A DNA stretch of 20,585 nt from Candidatus Nanohaloarchaea archaeon (GCA_041640075.1 JBEQAY010000020.1:1-20585); one strand, 5' to 3'. Shown: positions 1 to 8,177, numbered from the stretch's first letter. The notes: generated by a model not told the origin, from the letters alone. Numbers and translations are program-made.

Positions 1-1602
1 TGGGAAGTCTCCTGCGAAGTGCTCGATCATAACTCCCATGAACCGTTCGATCGATCCAAGGATCGCACGGTGGATCATGACGGGGTAATGTTCTTCGTTG
101 TCCTCTCCCTGGTACTTCAATCCGTAGTTCCGTGGAATTACGAAGTCGAGCTGTACTGTCCCCAGCTGCCATTCACGGCCGATAGCATCTTCTACCTCTA
201 CTCCAATCTTCGGTCCGTAGAATGCTCCTTCCTCAGGCTTGACCTCGTAGTCGCCGACTACTTCGTCCATAGCGTTCTTGAGTGATTTCTCTGCTTCTTC
301 CCAGAGTTCGTCAGGTCCTTGAGCTTTTGGCGGCTTTGTCTCCATGATGAAGTTTACATCGAACCCGAACTCGTCATACATCTCGATAATCTTCTCAAGG
401 TGAGCCTTGACCTCTTCCTCGATCTGATCTTTACGCAGGTATGCGTGTCCGTCGTCCTGAGTCATGACTCGGACCCTGAGTAGGCCTGAGAGCTCTCCGC
501 TCTGTTCGTTCCTGTTTACTGTTCCGAATTCAGATAGCTTGATTGGAAGGTCTTTGTAGCTGCGTGTTCCGGAGTCGAAAATATGGCTGTGGTTGGCGCA
601 GTTCATAGGCTTTAAGCCGTATTCGATGTCGTCCTGTTCCCAGGCGAACATTTCACCATCTTCTTTGAATGCCTCGTAGTGACCTGTTTTCTTCCAGAGT
701 TCGGCTTTGTTCAGTTCAGGCGTCCAGACCTCTTCGTAGCCAAGCTCTGCGTTCTTCTCCCGGATGTACTCCTCGAGTTCACGCCGGATTATCATCCCGT
801 TTCTGTGGTAGTGAGGTGCTCCGGGTGCATGTTCCGGTACTGAGAAGAGATCCATCTGCTTTCCGATCTTCCGGTGGTCTCGTTTCTCGGCTTCTCTCCT
901 GCGTTCCATGAAGTCTTCAAGTTCTTCCTTGGAGGGGAATGCTGTTCCATATACTCTTGTGAGCATCTCGTTTTCCTCATCTCCTCTCCAGTAGGCGCCT
1001 GCGATCTCCAGTAGTTTGAAGCCATCGACTTCGCCTGTTGAGGAGACATGTGGTCCTTTACAGAGGTCTTGGAACTCTCCCTGTTTGTAGAAACTGACTG
1101 TGTCGCCTTCACCAGCTTCCTCGTCCAGGATCTCTCTCTTGTATTCGTTGTCTTCGAAGAATTCCTCTGCTTCCTCGCGTGAAAGCATCTCTCGTTCGAT
1201 TTCCAGGTCTTCTTCGATAATCTTGCCCATTTCTTCCTCTATTTCTTCGAAGTCTTCCTGTTCCAGTTCTACTCCTTCGATATCGTAGTAAAATCCTTCG
1301 TCAGTCCATGGGCCGATTGTCAGTTTTACTTCGTCACCGTAGATTCTTTTCAGTGCCTGTGCGAAGACATGTGCGGCGCTGTGTCGGAGGACCTCTATGT
1401 ATTCGTCTGAGTCCTCTGTTACTATCTCTATTTCATCTCCGTCGGAAACTTGGTCTTCCTTGGCTACCATTTCGCCGTTGATTTTTCCGGCTACTGTGTC
1501 GTCGCCCAGTCCTGTTCCTATTTCGTATGCTACATCTTCTACTGATGCGTTTTCATCTACTTCTAAGTTTGATCCGTCTGGAAGCTGTACCTCAATGCTC
1601 AT
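1..1602 (-). CDS. thrS: Threonyl-tRNA synthetase, bacterial-type (TGS + editing + class II core); C-terminus lies beyond the left edge
   Basis: Not in the ORF track because it has no stop inside the window. Manual translation from ATG at 1602 is open to base 1: MSIEVQLPDGSNLEV (TGS) ... LRHSAAHVFAQA ... DLCKGPHV ... AGAYWRGD ... RDHRKIG ... LKPMNC ... RNEQSGELSGLLRVR ... QDDGH ... GAFYGPKI ... WQLGTVQLDF ... MIHRAILGSIERF ... EHFAGDFP. Confidence 0.97.
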   Translation of the reverse strand, partial: MSIEVQLPDGSNLEVDENASVEDVAYEIGTGLGDDTVAGKINGEMVAKEDQVSDGDEIEIVTEDSDEYIEVLRHSAAHVFAQALKRIYGDEVKLTIGPWTDEGFYYDIEGVELEQEDFEEIEEEMGKIIEEDLEIEREMLSREEAEEFFEDNEYKREILDEEAGEGDTVSFYKQGEFQDLCKGPHVSSTGEVDGFKLLEIAGAYWRGDEENEMLTRVYGTAFPSKEELEDFMERRREAEKRDHRKIGKQMDLFSVPEHAPGAPHYHRNGMIIRRELEEYIREKNAELGYEEVWTPELNKAELWKKTGHYEAFKEDGEMFAWEQDDIEYGLKPMNCANHSHIFDSGTRSYKDLPIKLSEFGTVNRNEQSGELSGLLRVRVMTQDDGHAYLRKDQIEEEVKAHLEKIIEMYDEFGFDVNFIMETKPPKAQGPDELWEEAEKSLKNAMDEVVGDYEVKPEEGAFYGPKIGVEVEDAIGREWQLGTVQLDFVIPRNYGLKYQGEDNEEHYPVMIHRAILGSIERFMGVMIEHFAGDFP

Positions 1603-1743
1603 ACAGAATCACTTCGGGAGAAGTTGTTTAATTGGTTTTGATGACAGCTGTCGCTGTGAGAAGTTTCAAAGCAAAAGTGACCGGCGGGTAAAACGTCCAC
1701 CTTTCATTGGTAAGTAAAGTTGGAGCTCGTATTTTTAAATAAA
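1603..1743 (-). promoter_or_regulatory. thrS upstream region with two TATA-like boxes, an SD-like box and hairpins
   Basis: On the minus strand: TTTATTTAAA (1743-1734), AATTAAA (1633-1627, 25-31 nt before the ATG) and AAGTGAT 5 nt before the ATG. Hairpins at 1701-1687 and 1657-1644. Confidence 0.4.
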
Positions 1744-1747
1744 TTTT

Positions 1748-2773
1748 TCAGTTCTGCTTCGCCATGTTCTTCACGTCGCTGATCTTCAGATTTAATGTGC
1801 TCATTGCGATGTATCCTACTACTATATGGAGCCAGTAAGTTGCGAGTCGGTGGAGTATTCCTATTGCCAGCGCTGTTTCGTAGTCGACACCCATGAAGAT
1901 CATCGCGAGCTGTGCCATTACGGCTTCGAATGTTCCAGCTCCTCCGGGTGTTGGTGAGAAGTTGGCGGTGCTTGCGATCGGTATAATCAGCATGATATAG
2001 AACGGATTAATACTGTGTCCGAGAGCTATTACAACTGCGTAGAAAGCAGCCATCTTGAACAGGAAAGCGGTATGTGTGATCGCCAGTGCTCGTAGAATCG
2101 CTTTCGGGTTCTTTCCAACGGTTTCAAACGTGTCCTCTACGTTCTCCAGACGTGATTCTAACTTGTCGACAAGGTGTGATCCTCGGCCGACGAAGCTGGT
2201 TATTTTTTCGAAAGTAACCAGTACTCCGTTTTCGAGTGTTCCGGGCCGGTACCATCCGAGGTATCCCATTAAGATTCCGAATATAAGGAGTGATGCAGTT
2301 ACTGCGGTCATTCCAGCTATCTGGCTTCCGCCGCTCCCCATTGTAACGGTGTATACGTAGCCGGATAGGACGAACGTGGATAACGGTATTATTGCGAGTA
2401 GGTCGGCAGACATTACTGTTGCCAGGGATTTTTCGTATGATGTGTCGGAGTGTTTGGATATCAGGTAGGCCATGAATGGCTGTCCTCCGAACTGGCCGAG
2501 CGGAGTCACTGCGTTCAGGAACTGTCCTGCAGACATCAGCTGAAAGGTTCGTCTGAAGCTGCATTTGATGTCGCTGACCTTGAAGAAGTTAAACCAGTTC
2601 AGTGCCCAGGTTGTAAGCACTCCGAACCCTGCTAGAAGCGCTGCGCCGATGTAAAGCAGTTCTGCTTCCTGTATTTTCTCTATAAATAGATTGAGATCTG
2701 CGTTTCCGAGCAGTAATACGAATATCAGGGTGGCTACGCCGAACCAGAAGATGTTCTGCTTTCTATCTTCCAT
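1748..2773 (-). CDS. UPF0104 / lysylphosphatidylglycerol-synthase TM-domain (flippase-like) membrane protein, paralogue 1
   Basis: 341 aa, multiple hydrophobic helices. Family motifs N.vTP.GQ.GG(Q)P, PTPGGAGTFE and RLATYW. Confidence 0.88.
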   Translation of the reverse strand: MEDRKQNIFWFGVATLIFVLLLGNADLNLFIEKIQEAELLYIGAALLAGFGVLTTWALNWFNFFKVSDIKCSFRRTFQLMSAGQFLNAVTPLGQFGGQPFMAYLISKHSDTSYEKSLATVMSADLLAIIPLSTFVLSGYVYTVTMGSGGSQIAGMTAVTASLLIFGILMGYLGWYRPGTLENGVLVTFEKITSFVGRGSHLVDKLESRLENVEDTFETVGKNPKAILRALAITHTAFLFKMAAFYAVVIALGHSINPFYIMLIIPIASTANFSPTPGGAGTFEAVMAQLAMIFMGVDYETALAIGILHRLATYWLHIVVGYIAMSTLNLKISDVKNMAKQN

Positions 2774-2812
2774 TCTCTAATTTCTCTATGGGTTTTCTCT
2801 TTTTTACAGATG

Positions 2813-2833
2813 AAGAAAAAGGAAAGGAAAAAA
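2813..2833 (-). terminator. Putative archaeal U-rich terminator after the Yip1 gene
   Basis: Minus strand reads TTTTTTCCTTTCCTTTTTCTT about 12 nt after the stop at 2846. Confidence 0.4.
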
Positions 2834-2845
2834 TATTTTTTCGCA

Positions 2846-3433
2846 CTACGGCATTCCTGAAAGAGCCGTCATTCCCGCGAATACTGTCACCATCAGACCT
2901 ATTACAAGTACTCCTATGATGATTCCTGGAAGGAAGAGAGCAGCTAGTGACTTGATAAAGCTTAGCTCCTGGAAAACCTCTAGTCCCTTGGCCTGTACGT
3001 AGATTCCGTAAAGTCCAAGAACTAGGCTTATAAATCCTCCAAGAAGAGGGATCAGCCCGAAAGCTGATGCAGCTGCTGAAATAGCGGTTGCATAAGCTCC
3101 TGAAGCTAGTGTCTGGGAGTAACCGTGTTCTCCTCCCAGAAGAGCCACAAAGACGTGGACGAAAGCTGCTCCAATAATCAATCCGATAAGACCTCCGATA
3201 ACGGTGGATACTAGGCCTATTCCAGCTGCGATAGGTGCTCCAACACTTACATCAGCCGGAGTTCCATAGACGCCAACACGCACTGCACTCAATATCCCTG
3301 AGATCAGCAGTGAGAATGCGGCAAATTTCAGCGGGTATCCGAAACCGTCTCTTCTGTCCTCATTTTGATAGAAGTCTGATGGTGATTCGATCAATGTTCT
3401 GGCTGAATCCAGCCAGTTTGAAGCGAATCCCAT
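2846..3433 (-). CDS. Yip1-domain membrane protein
   Basis: 195 aa. N-terminal 'LIESPSDFY' (the Yip1 'l..P..ff' pattern), five Gly/Ala-rich TM segments, 'ALLGGEHGYSQT', 'GLEVFQELS..KS'. Confidence 0.8.
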   Translation of the reverse strand: MGFASNWLDSARTLIESPSDFYQNEDRRDGFGYPLKFAAFSLLISGILSAVRVGVYGTPADVSVGAPIAAGIGLVSTVIGGLIGLIIGAAFVHVFVALLGGEHGYSQTLASGAYATAISAAASAFGLIPLLGGFISLVLGLYGIYVQAKGLEVFQELSFIKSLAALFLPGIIIGVLVIGLMVTVFAGMTALSGMP

Positions 3434-3456
3434 ATTAGAAGTGTTTTAAAGCACTC

Positions 3457-3491
3457 TTTAATTTTTATTGATTTTTAGAAGGTTTATTTAA
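3457..3491. promoter_or_regulatory. Divergent TATA boxes for probably leaderless Yip1 and trm56 transcripts
   Basis: TTTATTTAA at 3483-3491 lies 24-32 nt before ATG 3515. Minus-strand ATTAAA at 3462-3457 lies 24-29 nt before ATG 3433. Confidence 0.5.
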
Positions 3492-3514
3492 CAGTTCCAA
3501 GCTAGAAAAAATCT

Positions 3515-4036
3515 ATGATAAAAGTTCTTCGGCTCGGCCACAGACTGGGTAGAGATGACAGAATTTCCACGCATGTAGGGCTTACTGCCCGTCAGTGGGG
3601 TGCAGATGAGATAGTTTTCTCAGGAGAAGAAGATGAAAATATGCTGGAAAGCCAGAGAGACATAATAGATCGCTGGGGAGGAGATGTGGAAATAAGGTAT
3701 GAAGAAAGCTGGAAAGAAGAAATAAGAGAGTTCAATGGTTTGAAAATCCACCTCACGATGTATGGGGAAAAGATCAACAATAATATCGATGAACTTCAGG
3801 AAAAGTTCTCTGAAAAAGACTTGCTTGTTGTAGTGGGTGCAGAGAAGGTGCCTAGATGGGTTTACAAGAATGTTGACCAGAATATCTCGGTAGGAAACCA
3901 GCCACATAGTGAGATAGCAGCTCTGGCTGTATTTCTAGATAGGATCAGAGATGGACAGATCAAGGAAGATTTTGGAGGAGCAGAGATCGAGGTAGAGCCT
4001 AGTGAAGAGAGAAAAATAACTAAGGAACTGGATTAG
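3515..4036 (+). CDS. trm56: tRNA (cytidine(56)-2'-O)-methyltransferase (aTrm56, SPOUT)
   Basis: Diagnostic motifs VLRLGHR..RD.RISTHVGLTAR, HLTMYG, VGAEKVP and SVGNQPHSEIAALAVFLDR. Confidence 0.96.
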   Translation: MIKVLRLGHRLGRDDRISTHVGLTARQWGADEIVFSGEEDENMLESQRDIIDRWGGDVEIRYEESWKEEIREFNGLKIHLTMYGEKINNNIDELQEKFSEKDLLVVVGAEKVPRWVYKNVDQNISVGNQPHSEIAALAVFLDRIRDGQIKEDFGGAEIEVEPSEERKITKELD

Positions 4037-4416
4037 TCCAGTTTATCCATCTTCAAAAGAACGTCATTGGCATAGGAGCGTAGTTCTTCCGAGTATCCTA
4101 GCACAGTCATCTCTTCCAGATCTTCCTGATAATCCATGACTGTTTCACGTGTCTCGTCGTATTCAAGTAATTCATCCGCTACTGTAAGTCCAACTAGCTG
4201 TAAAGCAGCAGTATTATCCATGTAGCTTTCTGATACATGAGTCGCCTCATCTCCAGGGTCTAGAAGATAATTAAGCCACTTTTCAGGCTCGTAAAGATCG
4301 TCGAACATCCTGTTATCGGCGTCTGATTCGAATCCGACTAGAGTTGTATCATCTCTTTCTACTATTTTGAATTCAGGGCTCCAGGAAACGTCAAAAAGGT
4401 CGTCTGTCTCCGCCAT
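4033..4416 (-). CDS. Hypothetical acidic protein (127 aa)
   Basis: ATG start with TTATTAAA about 26-33 nt upstream. Asp/Glu-rich like the neighbouring genes; fills the gap between trm56 and rnz. No recognised motif. Confidence 0.7.
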   Translation of the reverse strand: MAETDDLFDVSWSPEFKIVERDDTTLVGFESDADNRMFDDLYEPEKWLNYLLDPGDEATHVSESYMDNTAALQLVGLTVADELLEYDETRETVMDYQEDLEEMTVLGYSEELRSYANDVLLKMDKLD

Positions 4417-4449
4417 ATTTCTGGTTAATTGAAAAATAGTTTTTAATAA

Positions 4450-5355
4450 TTATTCCGGTCTGTGTGGCTTAATTTCGAACTTCTCACCGTCTTCGCCGAG
4501 TTCAGTATCTTCAAACTCTTCTCTAGCCTCTGCTAGAATTTCTCCCTCTTTATCCTGGTACCTTCGTGAAATATGAGTTAAAACAAGTTTTTCCACACCT
4601 GCAGCTGATGCGATTTCTCCTGCCTGCCTGGCCGAGGTATGCCCTTTCCTTTCCTCTATCATCTCGTGTAGACATGTCGCTTCATGGATTAACAGGTCCG
4701 CATTTTCTGCGTTTTGTATCAGGTTATCGCATTTCGACGTATCACCCGAGTAAACTATTTTTCTACCAGGCATAGTCTCTATCACGTCTTCGGGAGATAT
4801 TTTTTCTCCTTCCCACTCTATTTCCTCTCCTGCTTTCAGTTTACCGATTTTTGGGGAGGATCCGAGCCCTAACTCCTTCATCTTCTCTTTATTAGCTTTT
4901 TTCTGGTCTTCCTCTATGAAGCTGTAGCCGAAGGCGTTGATTCCGTGCTCTACCTCGAAAGGTTCGACTCTGTAGCCGTCTCCGACGATCTCGTCTCCTT
5001 CGATTATGTCTTCTACGAAGATATCGAAGTTTCTCTGGAAGTAGCCGGTGTCAAGGATGTTATCCGTGAATTCCTCGGTTCTCGGCGGTCCGTAGATGTA
5101 CAGCGGTTTTTCACGGCCTTCCATCTCCATGGTCTGTATAAGTCCGAGAAGCCCTGAGAAATGGTCTGCATGCCAGTGAGAGATAAAAATCCGGGAAATT
5201 TTCATTAAGCCCAGTTTCTCTGTCATAAGTTTTCTCTGCGTGCCCTCTCCGCAGTCGAAGAGGATACGTTCTCCCTTGTAGTTTATCAGGTTCGCCGGCA
5301 GACCTCTTTTCCTGGAAGGTACTGCACTTGAGGTTCCTACAGTCCATATCTCCAT
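4450..5355 (-). CDS. rnz: Ribonuclease Z (tRNase Z, short form)
   Basis: GTSSAVP, LFDCGEGTQ, HWHADH, VEHG, SGDT, LIHEAT, GHTS, LTHIS.RY. Start moved to ATG 5355 (MEIWTVGT), which matches the family N-terminus. Confidence 0.96.
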   Translation of the reverse strand: MEIWTVGTSSAVPSRKRGLPANLINYKGERILFDCGEGTQRKLMTEKLGLMKISRIFISHWHADHFSGLLGLIQTMEMEGREKPLYIYGPPRTEEFTDNILDTGYFQRNFDIFVEDIIEGDEIVGDGYRVEPFEVEHGINAFGYSFIEEDQKKANKEKMKELGLGSSPKIGKLKAGEEIEWEGEKISPEDVIETMPGRKIVYSGDTSKCDNLIQNAENADLLIHEATCLHEMIEERKGHTSARQAGEIASAAGVEKLVLTHISRRYQDKEGEILAEAREEFEDTELGEDGEKFEIKPHRPE

Positions 5356-5447
5356 AGTTGAGGTAACGATGCGAACAGTTTTCTTTCTTCTCCAAAAACC
5401 AGAAGACATTTATAATAACTAGAAAGTAGTAAACTCAGGGGGAGATA

Positions 5448-5828
5448 ATGGGTATATGGCATGAAGAGATAGAGGACTGGGTTTTGACATATGACAAAAA
5501 GAGGGAAGGGAGGAAAGATGTTCTCTCCGCAACAAATCCTGATAGAGGGATTTATCTCTCGGCCGATGAACAGGAGGGTATACAGGACCCACTTGAAACA
5601 CTTTACCGCTCACTGGAACACCCGGAGAATTCAGAGTTACCGGAAAGAGAGGAACTCGACGAACTTGACTTGACAAAGGAAGGACTAGAAACTCTGGAGC
5701 AAAGTATCCGGGAAAGAACTTTCAACGAAGTCATGAGGGATGGAAAAGAAGTTGAAAAGTCGCGTTACGATGACGAAGAGATAGCGGACAAGAAACACGC
5801 TCGATACGACCATGAAATAGACTCTTGA
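5448..5828 (+). CDS. Hypothetical highly acidic protein (126 aa)
   Basis: GGGGAG just before the ATG, TTTATAA at 5409-5415, T-run after the stop, Glu-rich composition. Confidence 0.7.
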   Translation: MGIWHEEIEDWVLTYDKKREGRKDVLSATNPDRGIYLSADEQEGIQDPLETLYRSLEHPENSELPEREELDELDLTKEGLETLEQSIRERTFNEVMRDGKEVEKSRYDDEEIADKKHARYDHEIDS

Positions 5829-5855
5829 GCCTTTTTCTTCACCTAAATCCTTAGT

Positions 5856-6791
5856 CTAGATTACGTAAATATACCTTGTCAGATTCTTGTGGATATAGAC
5901 GCTGAAATCGGCCTCATAATCTTCCAGCGAGGCCTCGTTGTACATGAAAACAACTTCACCTTCAAAATCCTCTATAAGTTCTAGAAAGTCTTCTACGGCT
6001 GAATCAGTTTTCTTTGATGCCTGACCGTAAGGAAGATCGGTGAGGATAGCCGAGAAATTCTTTTCAAACATTTTAATAGATTCAGATGCTTCTCCCTGCC
6101 TTATATCGTGGCTGATAATGCCGTACTCCTCAAGATTCTCTTTACATCCTTTTACCATCTCTTCTTTCACATCAACTCCGCAGGCTCCGACGCCACAGAG
6201 CCCAGCCTCAATCAGGATGCCACCTGTTCCACAGAAAGGATCAAGAAGGAAATCTCCGGGTTTTATACCAGAAAGATTTGTTAGAACTCTTGCCAGGACA
6301 GGATCAAGTGATACGGGGGAGGAGAACGGTCTTTTCTGATTTTTCCGGTTTTCAAAGAGCCCTCTGTTAATATCTTCAGTTATCTCGCCTAAGATTATTT
6401 TTTCATTCAGGATATATACTTTGATCACAGAATGCGGGTTTTCCAGGTCTACAAAGTTTTCACTTGAGGAGAATTTTTCTCCCAGTGTTTTCTCTATATC
6501 TCCAGTATCGAGATCTCTCTCTGAGAGATTTTCTGTCCGGACCGCGAAACTGTTCTCCGGTGTGTAGTCTGGTTTAAAGTCTTTGAAGTTTTCTCTCGTT
6601 AGTTCCTTTATCTTCCTGCTTACTTCGTGTGTCAGTGCAAGGCGTTTCAGCTGACTGGGTTCAGCCTTGGTTTCTGCCAGTCTCTTTTCTCTATCAGGCC
6701 TCTCATCTATACTCTGACTCTTCAGAAATCCTTCAAGTTCTGCTTCAGCGAGTTCAAGGTTTTCTCCTGCAAGGAGGTAGATGTAGCTTAT
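5856..6791 (-). CDS. trm11: tRNA (guanine(10)-N2)-methyltransferase Trm11/TrmG10 (THUMP + Rossmann MTase), 311 aa with a proposed ATA start
   Basis: The frame stays open for 121 codons upstream of the tracked GTG (6428) and encodes the family N-terminus: (I)SYIYLLAGENLELAEAEL ... RLALTHEV ... SFAVR ... VDLENP. The C-terminal half has RPFSSPVSLDP..AR..NL, LDPFCGTGG.LIEAG and TDLPYG. In-frame TGA at 6800-6798. Confidence 0.9.
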   Translation of the reverse strand: MSYIYLLAGENLELAEAELEGFLKSQSIDERPDREKRLAETKAEPSQLKRLALTHEVSRKIKELTRENFKDFKPDYTPENSFAVRTENLSERDLDTGDIEKTLGEKFSSSENFVDLENPHSVIKVYILNEKIILGEITEDINRGLFENRKNQKRPFSSPVSLDPVLARVLTNLSGIKPGDFLLDPFCGTGGILIEAGLCGVGACGVDVKEEMVKGCKENLEEYGIISHDIRQGEASESIKMFEKNFSAILTDLPYGQASKKTDSAVEDFLELIEDFEGEVVFMYNEASLEDYEADFSVYIHKNLTRYIYVI

Positions 6792-7807
6792 TTTATATCA
6801 CCCTCATCTACTTTTCTGGACCCTTTCAGGCTGAGCAGTGCGAGGTATCCGATAAGTATGCCTGGCCAGTAGGTTGTCAACCTGAACAGTAGGGCGCTGG
6901 CCAGAGCTGTGTCAAGACCTACAGGGTAGTAGAGCATGATCAGTCCTGAGAAAGCTGTTTCGAATGTACCTGAGCCTCCGGGTGTGGGTGAGAAAGTTGC
7001 GATAGCGGATAAGATCAATGTAAAGTACGTAGGTATAATTAAGGGATCTATCCCTTGACCCATAAGGATGAAATACAGCGAGAGGAACTGCATCACTAAA
7101 GCTAGGTGAGGTACTATAAGTGTCTTGAGCAGGTGTTTTGGATCGTCTCCAACTTCCTGGAATGCAGTCTTAATTTCACGGATCTGGTTCTTAGCTGATT
7201 CAATGTATGTGTCGCTTATACCAAATGTGCTCTGAATGCCTTCAATCAAGTTGAAAATAAAGTTTTCCAGTATCTCATCTTCAAACCAGACGAGATAGAC
7301 GATTACGGATGCAATTATGGCTGTGGGTATCGTAATATAGATTATCTTAAGAGTGAAGCTGGTTAAGGTATTAAAGACAGCTAGATAAGTCAGCCCTGCT
7401 ACCAGGTAAGTGAACAAAGGTACAGCGTTCAGTAGATCTGCTGAAACCACGGATGAAAGGGCTTTTTCATAGTTTGAATCTGTGTTTTTGGAGACGATAT
7501 ACGCCATGAATGGTTCGCCGCCGAATTGACCCAGGGGTGTGATCGAGTTCATGAAGTTTCCTCCCAGGAAAAGTCTCAGAGATTCTCGGTAATTAGCTTC
7601 TATACCTACTTTCTGAAACATTTTGTACCATACATAGGCCACGAAAAGGAAGAAGGATAACCCAGAAATCATAGCTAAAGCCATGAATTGTCTGTTTACG
7701 GAACTTAAAGCCGTTATTAACTGACCTAGATCTGCAAAATATATCAGAACAGCAAATATAACTGTTGTTACGCTGTACCAGACTATTTTACTTTTCTTCC
7801 ATTGCAT
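6788..7807 (-). CDS. UPF0104 / LPG-synthase TM-domain (flippase-like) membrane protein, paralogue 2
   Basis: 339 aa. NSITPLGQFGGEPFMAY, PTPGGSGTFE, FRLTTYW. Overlaps rnp4 upstream and trm11 downstream. Confidence 0.88.
   Translation of the reverse strand: MQWKKSKIVWYSVTTVIFAVLIYFADLGQLITALSSVNRQFMALAMISGLSFFLFVAYVWYKMFQKVGIEANYRESLRLFLGGNFMNSITPLGQFGGEPFMAYIVSKNTDSNYEKALSSVVSADLLNAVPLFTYLVAGLTYLAVFNTLTSFTLKIIYITIPTAIIASVIVYLVWFEDEILENFIFNLIEGIQSTFGISDTYIESAKNQIREIKTAFQEVGDDPKHLLKTLIVPHLALVMQFLSLYFILMGQGIDPLIIPTYFTLILSAIATFSPTPGGSGTFETAFSGLIMLYYPVGLDTALASALLFRLTTYWPGILIGYLALLSLKGSRKVDEGDIK
6797..6805 (-). promoter_or_regulatory. Shine-Dalgarno GAGGGTGAT for trm11
   Basis: Matches the archaeal GGAGGTGAT consensus, followed by a 5-nt spacer (ATAAA) and ATA at 6791. 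Confidence 0.65.
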
Positions 7808-8078
7808 AGCGCGCTACCTGGCCACATTCTTCACATGTATAGATAATTTCCTGATTTTCTGGGTTTAAACGCACTCTACAGTTATCTCCAGGGATAAGAT
7901 AATTTTTACATTCGCTGCAAAATTTTTTCTGTAGCTCCCTAGGGATTTTCTCCTGAGTCCGTTTATTTATTTTTCTGGCAAGTTCAACGTATCTGTCTGC
8001 TAGCTCTTGATTGCCTGCCGAAGCCTGTCTCTCCGCAAGCTCGAAAAGTCTGTTAATCCTCTCTTCGGCAATTGACAT
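7788..8078 (-). CDS. rnp4: Ribonuclease P protein component 4 (Rpp21)
   Basis: IA.ERI..LFELA, LADRYV.LARKI, KKFCSEC..YLIPG.N.RVRL, TCEECG...RY zinc ribbon. Confidence 0.95.
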   Translation of the reverse strand: MSIAEERINRLFELAERQASAGNQELADRYVELARKINKRTQEKIPRELQKKFCSECKNYLIPGDNCRVRLNPENQEIIYTCEECGQVARYAMEEK

Positions 8079-8128
8079 GAACTATCGTAAATTTGCCGAC
8101 TGGCTTTTTTATCTGTCGTGCACTATTA

Positions 8129-8177
8129 CTGATGTAACTCTGTTAAGACTAACATCAGAAAATTTTCACAGTGAAAA
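8129..8177. promoter_or_regulatory. Two inverted repeats in the rnp4/GT2 divergent intergenic region (candidate operators)
   Basis: CTGATGT-N16-ACATCAG (8129-8158) and TTTTCAC-A-GTGAAAA (8163-8177). Confidence 0.4.

Noticed and set aside
1638..1680. C/D-box sRNA starting at TTGATGA on the + strand
   Set aside because: No CTGA D or D' boxes at suitable spacing.
1666..1707. Minus-strand uORF MKGGRFTRRSLLL as a Thr attenuator peptide
   Set aside because: It has only one Thr codon and no coding evidence. It remains possible as a leaderless uORF but is unsupported.
19..1717. Short tracked ORFs (19-285, 669-911, 792-1112, 1100-1288, 1397-1717)
   Set aside because: They are antisense or off-frame shadows of thrS. 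The Ser-rich translations are what the reverse strand of Glu-rich codons produces.
5356..5409. 18-aa N-terminal extension of RNase Z in the ORF track
   Set aside because: The family N-terminus begins at MEIWTVGT, and the basic extension overlaps the promoter region.
5856..6791. trm11 as a pseudogene or frameshifted gene
   Set aside because: The frame is uninterrupted, the motifs are intact and an SD is well placed. Only the start codon is atypical.
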